DNA of 64,000 nucleotides from Planctomycetota bacterium (GTDB lineage Bacteria; Planctomycetota; Planctomycetia; Gemmatales; HRBIN36): NCBI GenBank assembly GCA_014584395.1, contig JACTMY010000018.1, positions 30,342 to 94,341 of the forward strand, read 5' to 3'. Shown piece by piece: positions 60,801 to 64,000 of this stretch (position 1 is its first letter; each line of letters starts with the position of its first letter). The notes under the pieces were generated by a model. It saw only the letters and a program-made list of their open reading frames with translations, ran no database searches and was not told where the DNA came from. The position numbers and the translations under genes were made by a program.

Positions 60801-61685
60801 AACGGCCGGGGCAAGCCGCGTCCACCGGAACCCATCGTCTTCGAGGGCAACGCTCCTGCCAATCTAAGCAAGAATACATTTCTCAAAGCTTGCTTCGCCA
60901 TCCGGCCCACGCAGATGCCCAAGGAAGCGGCCGCCTGGTTGGGAGAACCCATCGCCATCAAGGATCCCACGGCAGCGCTCTTCCGCCGACAAAATGGCCG
61001 TCATTTGCTGATTTTGGGGCAGGACGCCGAGGAAACGCTTGGCGTCATGTGCAGTTCCTTGATCAGTTTGGCGGCGCAGCTTCCGGATCAAGCTCGACTA
61101 TATGCGTTGTCCGCCACCTGGGATGGAGATGAATTAGCCCCCTTCAAGCTGCTGTTTGATATGGCGCCGCAAGTTCACGAAATGCACGACCACCGTTCGC
61201 TCAGCGATTTCATGAAGTCCATGGGCGAGGAACTGCAGCGCCGCCAGCAAGCGCCGACCGAGGAGGACCCACCCGTTTTTGTGTTTATTCACGGCCTGCA
61301 ACGCTTGCGCGATCTGCGTCGGGCCGAGGACGACTTTGGCTTTTCTTCTCGAGACGCCGCCATGACGCCGGCGCAAATCCTCACGCATTTGGTACGCGAG
61401 GGAGCAGGTTTAGGGATTCATCTCGTGCTGTGCGTGGACGGCTTGGGCAGTCTGCTCCGAAGCATCGACCGGCAGACCTTGAGGGACATCGAATTGCGCG
61501 TGCTCTTCCAGATGAGTTCCGGCGATTCCAGCAATTTGATCGACACTCCCCTCGCCAGCCGATTGGGACTGCATCGAGCTTTATTCGCCAGCGAAGCGGA
61601 AGGTAAATTGGAGAAATTCCGCCCCTACGGCCCCCCCGCGAAGGATTGGATCGAACAGCTTCGCCGTCATTGGCCCCTTCGTTAA
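57807..61685 (+). CDS. Membrane FtsK/SpoIIIE-family ATPase with three tandem P-loop-like domains (EssC/EccC-like)
   Basis: Walker A GKTGSGKST (60102-60128), Walker B LLIVDEF (D-E at 60426-60431). Flanking degenerate FtsK-like domains: NLLLRTATPFDRQQA at about 59280-59330, and HLLILGQDAEETLG at about 61002-61043. Two TM helices (about 58451-58592) sit between coiled-coil regions. ATG 57807 with an AAAGGA SD; the TTG at 57732 is less likely. Confidence 0.85.
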   Translation: MSELNLLEMERTLMRDLRSAAAERAAAETAMITIFKSRIQQTLDQWEATQKRLLEERQQEEEATRQNREDRLQNLRTSITQENEALQLAFAEAKENIESTYHQDKANTQKEYRETRWTTRMVYEANKNASKQQYIEATHKAESAVTRFQNIVNEVEIYLRRCRLPTWHAEVIPLPPLEGDEIPPEPLREMDEQLEIVESQWKKLQELPLPKIFRGYWFILVIIGLALAIIFPTIFITKDPLFGTTVGTAAAMFICLSLFFGLRATASSQAGRLCRPLVHAVAEGRALKDACIQQATRIHRRQVAGFQKQRQAELQQADAIYQPKLEELKKKRIQDLRRNSALYQPQLAALQARFEFEQHQIETEYKTRLLIAQETYDSELLMARTEFESSKADIERHQADAWRQMAFAWRAALAVVKERVDVIQREADRLFPSWESCARSYPQRDSIPSVLRIGKLILDFGQIPNGMPIDPGLKAESSLRFEIPALLPFPTGGNLLLRTATPFDRQQAIRSLQTLMLRYLTSVPPGKVKLTVIDPVGLGDNFAAFMHLADFDESLIAHRIWTEPAHIEQRLSDMTAHMESIIQKYLRNQYSSIEVYNNAAGEVAEPFRVLVIASFPVNFTSDAAHRLVSVISSGARCGVSAMVSVDTKQELPEGFHLGDIEPLCVNYSWKQDQPHWHDPDFADLPFVLDDPPDNELTTAIICQVGAAAKDAQRVEVPFQYIAPQDADWWRNDSGHGLHIPLGRVGATRRQAMQLGTGTAQHVLIAGKTGSGKSTLLHVLITSCALHYAPEQVELYLVDFKKGVEFKPYAIHALPHLRVVAIESEREFGLSVLQRLDEELKRRGDRFRQLSVQDIAACRVADPHTPYPRILLIVDEFQEFFTEDDRLGQEAALVLDRLVRQGRAFGIHVILGSQTIGGAYTLARSTIDQMAVRIALPCSEADGHLILSEGNAAARLLSRPGDAIYNDMSGLVEGNHPFQVAWLADDTREKMLIKLDELANGRGKPRPPEPIVFEGNAPANLSKNTFLKACFAIRPTQMPKEAAAWLGEPIAIKDPTAALFRRQNGRHLLILGQDAEETLGVMCSSLISLAAQLPDQARLYALSATWDGDELAPFKLLFDMAPQVHEMHDHRSLSDFMKSMGEELQRRQQAPTEEDPPVFVFIHGLQRLRDLRRAEDDFGFSSRDAAMTPAQILTHLVREGAGLGIHLVLCVDGLGSLLRSIDRQTLRDIELRVLFQMSSGDSSNLIDTPLASRLGLHRALFASEAEGKLEKFRPYGPPAKDWIEQLRRHWPLR

Positions 61686-61938
61686 ATGCGAGGGATGAAC
61701 CAAATCCATCAGGTTCGCACAGCGTCGGTGCAACCCAGGTGGAAAAATGGCGCTCTGGCATCGTGATCTTTCATCAGAAACGTCAGTTTTTCCCCTGGAC
61801 AGGCCGTCAACATATGATAAAAGTGACCAGAGAGATCGATCGGGTGAAGTGGCTGGTCGGTCCATGTTGATCCATCGGCTGGAAGACGACTCGTCCAACC
61901 CTATCCAGGTTGTCTTCCTACCCAGGAAAGGAACCATA

Positions 61939-62247
61939 ATGACGCACGTTGTTTGTCAACCCTGTTACGATTGCAAGTACACCGATTGCGTGGTGGTGTG
62001 TCCGGTCGAATGCTTCTGGCAAGACGACATGATGCTCTACATCGACCCGATCGATTGCATCGATTGCGAGGCTTGCGTCCCCGAATGTCCCGTGGAAGCC
62101 ATTTTTGCCGAGGCCAACGTACCCGCTGAATGGCAAAGCTGGACTGCGGTGAACGCCCAAAAAGCAGGCGAACTGAAGGGTCAAGACCCCGCACATTGCA
62201 CGGAAAAGCAGGATGCCAAAGAAGGCCCCCAGTGCAAAAAGGCCTGA
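61939..62247 (+). CDS. fdxA: 7Fe-type ([3Fe-4S][4Fe-4S]) ferredoxin
   Basis: MTHVVCQPCYDCKYTDCVVVCPVECF...CIDCEACVPECPVEAIF matches the Azotobacter FdI pattern. AAAGGAA SD before ATG 61939; the track start 61747 is an unsupported extension. Confidence 0.9.
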   Translation: MTHVVCQPCYDCKYTDCVVVCPVECFWQDDMMLYIDPIDCIDCEACVPECPVEAIFAEANVPAEWQSWTAVNAQKAGELKGQDPAHCTEKQDAKEGPQCKKA

Positions 62248-62271
62248 ATCCTCGCCAAGTTGAACTCCACT

Positions 62272-62298
62272 ACCGGCACCCAAGTGCCGGTTTTTTTA
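62272..62298 (+). terminator. Intrinsic terminator after fdxA
   Basis: ACCGGCAC (62272-62279) - CCAA - GTGCCGGT followed by a T-run to 62297. Confidence 0.85.
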
Positions 62299-62709
62299 TT
62301 TCACCAGCGAGCATCTCCGCTATCCCACTTGCAAGTTGATCCAAAAGTGGTAAGATTTCTGTGACGCGATATCTCGCAGCCTTCCCAACCTACCACAGGC
62401 TGCATCATCGCGGATCTCCGAATGTGCCTGCCGTGTCGCGTTCCGACTCACTAGCCAATGAACCTTAAACTGCCAGCTTGAGTTTTTGCGTTGTACGTTG
62501 GACTTTGTTGGTTTCGCTGCTTTGTATTGTCTCGAATGGGGCGCTGCACTCCAAACCATTGGCATGCCATGCCTCGATTCAGCACTTGTTCAATCCCTCC
62601 TTCATCCGTCAAAGGAACCCATTGCACAGCTAGAACACTCACCAGATTTGATTGGCTCGCATTCGTTGTCATGAGATTGAATAACTATCCTCATCGAGGG
62701 GAGACCACG

Positions 62710-64000
62710 ATGAAAGAAACATGGACCACCCAAGGCTTGGACGCATCCATCCACTCCATAGAAGCAAACTCCAATTGGCCACCCCAGAGGCTTTCCTTTT
62801 CGAACAAGGCTCGGTGGTGGCTTCGCGGCATGTTGGTCGTGTTCTTTCTCGTTCTGGCGGGCGTGGCAGTTTGGGATGGCCAGCGCGGGTGGACACCGCC
62901 GCCGCAGGGGGATGAAACGACCACGGTTCATCAGCGTCCCTTGGAATGGTCCGTCCCTTTTCACGGCGATCTCACCTGCCATCGACTCGCACCCTTTCAA
63001 CCTGAGGTTGAAGGCACGACCATTCAATTAATGGACATGGCACCCGATGGCGCACACGTGACCAAGGGACAAGTCATCGGCCGGTACGACATTCAGCAAC
63101 TCCAAAAAGCAGCCGATGAGATGGCGCTGCACATCAGGAAGCTATCCGATGCCGTCAAGCTGGCTCAGGAAGAGGTCAAGCATCAGCGCATCAAGGGAGA
63201 AAATGATACGGCGAAAGCTAAACTGACTGTCGAGCTGTCGGAGTTGGATCGGGAAAAATACCTGGAGGGCGACTTCCTGGTCGAATTGGACGACCGCAAA
63301 ATGAACATTGCCCTGGCCTCCAGGGAATTGGAAGAAACCCTGGAACGCCTCGAGCACTACCGCAATTTCGTTCGCAAAGGCTTCGGCACGCCGGAACAAC
63401 TGCGTCTGAAAGAGATCGAAGCGACCCGCGCCCAATACAACCTCTTGCGGGAAAAAGCCCGTTTGATGGTGCTGGAAAAATTCACCCGCAAACGGCAAGA
63501 ATCCGATCTCAATGCGCGCGTGGAACAAGCCAAGCGCGACTGCGAGCGCGTGGCGAATGCCTCCCAAATGGCCCTTCTCAAGGCACAAAGCGACGCAGCC
63601 CAGGCGGAGAGTCAACTGGCCTCGGAGATGGCTCGACTGCAACGCATCAAGGATGAACTGAAAAATCCCATCGTCCGTGCGCCGCAATCGGGGTATTTGA
63701 TCCACTTGCCGCCAGCGGAAGCCGCGCCGCGGTTCATGCCCATGCCCACGCCCGCTCCGACAACCCATGCCGCCGCGGCGCCTCCGCCCTCCGAACCTGC
63801 CTATGCCATTGCCGACAGTTCACAATTGATGATCAAGACGCTGCTGAATCGGGCGCAAATCCGCAAAATCCGTCCAGGTCAAAAGCTGCAACTCAGTCTC
63901 GACCTTGGCTCTCCCGTGCAGGTCGAAGCCACGCTGAGAACCATCGCTAAAAGGACGGAACCGGAGCAGCGCACCGATGAAATGGAATTGGCCGAGTATG
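62710..64000 (+). CDS. HlyD-family periplasmic adaptor (membrane fusion protein), 5' part; runs off the right edge
   Basis: Absent from the ORF track (no stop in window). I read the frame by hand from ATG 62710 with no stop to 63999. TM WWLRGMLVVFFLVLAGVAVW, lipoyl-like GQVIGRYD..., a ~200-aa coiled coil, then IVRAPQSGYL. The listed antisense ORF 63142-63768 is its shadow. Confidence 0.65.
   Translation, partial: MKETWTTQGLDASIHSIEANSNWPPQRLSFSNKARWWLRGMLVVFFLVLAGVAVWDGQRGWTPPPQGDETTTVHQRPLEWSVPFHGDLTCHRLAPFQPEVEGTTIQLMDMAPDGAHVTKGQVIGRYDIQQLQKAADEMALHIRKLSDAVKLAQEEVKHQRIKGENDTAKAKLTVELSELDREKYLEGDFLVELDDRKMNIALASRELEETLERLEHYRNFVRKGFGTPEQLRLKEIEATRAQYNLLREKARLMVLEKFTRKRQESDLNARVEQAKRDCERVANASQMALLKAQSDAAQAESQLASEMARLQRIKDELKNPIVRAPQSGYLIHLPPAEAAPRFMPMPTPAPTTHAAAAPPPSEPAYAIADSSQLMIKTLLNRAQIRKIRPGQKLQLSLDLGSPVQVEATLRTIAKRTEPEQRTDEMELAEY

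Noticed and set aside
57807-61685. Alternative reading of the big ATPase as the chromosome-segregation translocase FtsK or a conjugative coupling protein
   Set aside because: It has three tandem FtsK-like folds rather than one motor, and a TM hairpin flanked by coiled coils rather than the four to five N-terminal TMs of FtsK. I see no relaxase, T4SS or integrase neighbours, and WXG100-like genes lie immediately upstream. Phylogeny is still needed to be sure.
61747-61938. N-terminal 64-aa extension of the ferredoxin ORF; similar upstream extensions at 8982, 13614, 34803, 44467, 49878 and 57732
   Set aside because: The extensions lack conservation-like sequence, often start at TTG/GTG, and overlap upstream genes or spacers. 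Internal ATGs with SD motifs coincide with the conserved N-termini.
63142-63768. 208-aa minus-strand ORF, the only ORF listed for this region
   Set aside because: The opposite strand has an uninterrupted HlyD-like frame from 62710 to the window end, with TM, coiled-coil and lipoyl motifs. The listed ORF is its shadow.

Overview
GC-rich bacterial chromosomal segment. Its gene content points to Planctomycetota: a BBP7-type beta-barrel, an N-terminal '...LEHLETREMPA' motif on a giant repeat protein, a Tat-signal formylglycine sulfatase, a TPR-fused Ser/Thr kinase, a ~20-blade WD40 protein, and a b6f-like cytochrome complex with a multihaem c. I support about 40 protein genes. I recognised no rRNA, tRNA, CRISPR array or transposase. 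Layout: (i) 1-8.8 kb, minus-strand respiratory operon: Rieske / cytochrome b6 / expanded subunit IV / octahaem cytochrome c / cupredoxin / second lipoprotein. (ii) 9-31 kb: RibF fused to a NifU C-domain, SDR, TPR protein, GalT, Ser/Thr kinase with ten 42-aa TPRs, DUF1801, a sulfatase flanked by identical 54-bp direct repeats plus an ~800-bp repeat- and hairpin-rich spacer, MBL hydrolase-YmdB-RNase Y, adenine deaminase, WD40 protein, GT39. (iii) 31-36 kb: envelope proteins (10-domain SdrD/Cna-B-like repeat protein, BBP7 barrel). (iv) 36-52 kb: beta-CASP RNase, hybrid histidine kinase, sugar nucleotidyltransferase, short MgtE, TetR-MFP-RND efflux, porin plus Cys-rich small protein, NodT/TolC lipoprotein, rplM-rpsI. 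(v) 54.7-61.7 kb, the most interesting part: a compact type VII secretion-like module. It has two small helical WXG100-like proteins carrying a W-x-D-Q turn motif, a helical 177-aa protein, and a 1292-aa membrane FtsK/SpoIIIE ATPase with three tandem P-loop-like domains (EssC/EccC-like). Upstream are a TPR protein and a small acidic protein. (vi) 7Fe-type ferredoxin with a clean terminator, then an HlyD-family adaptor running off the right edge. Two edge-truncated genes (1-258 minus, 62710-64000 plus) are absent from the supplied ORF track. Many long ORFs in the track are antisense shadows typical of high-GC DNA. All function calls come from motif recognition by eye; no database search was possible.
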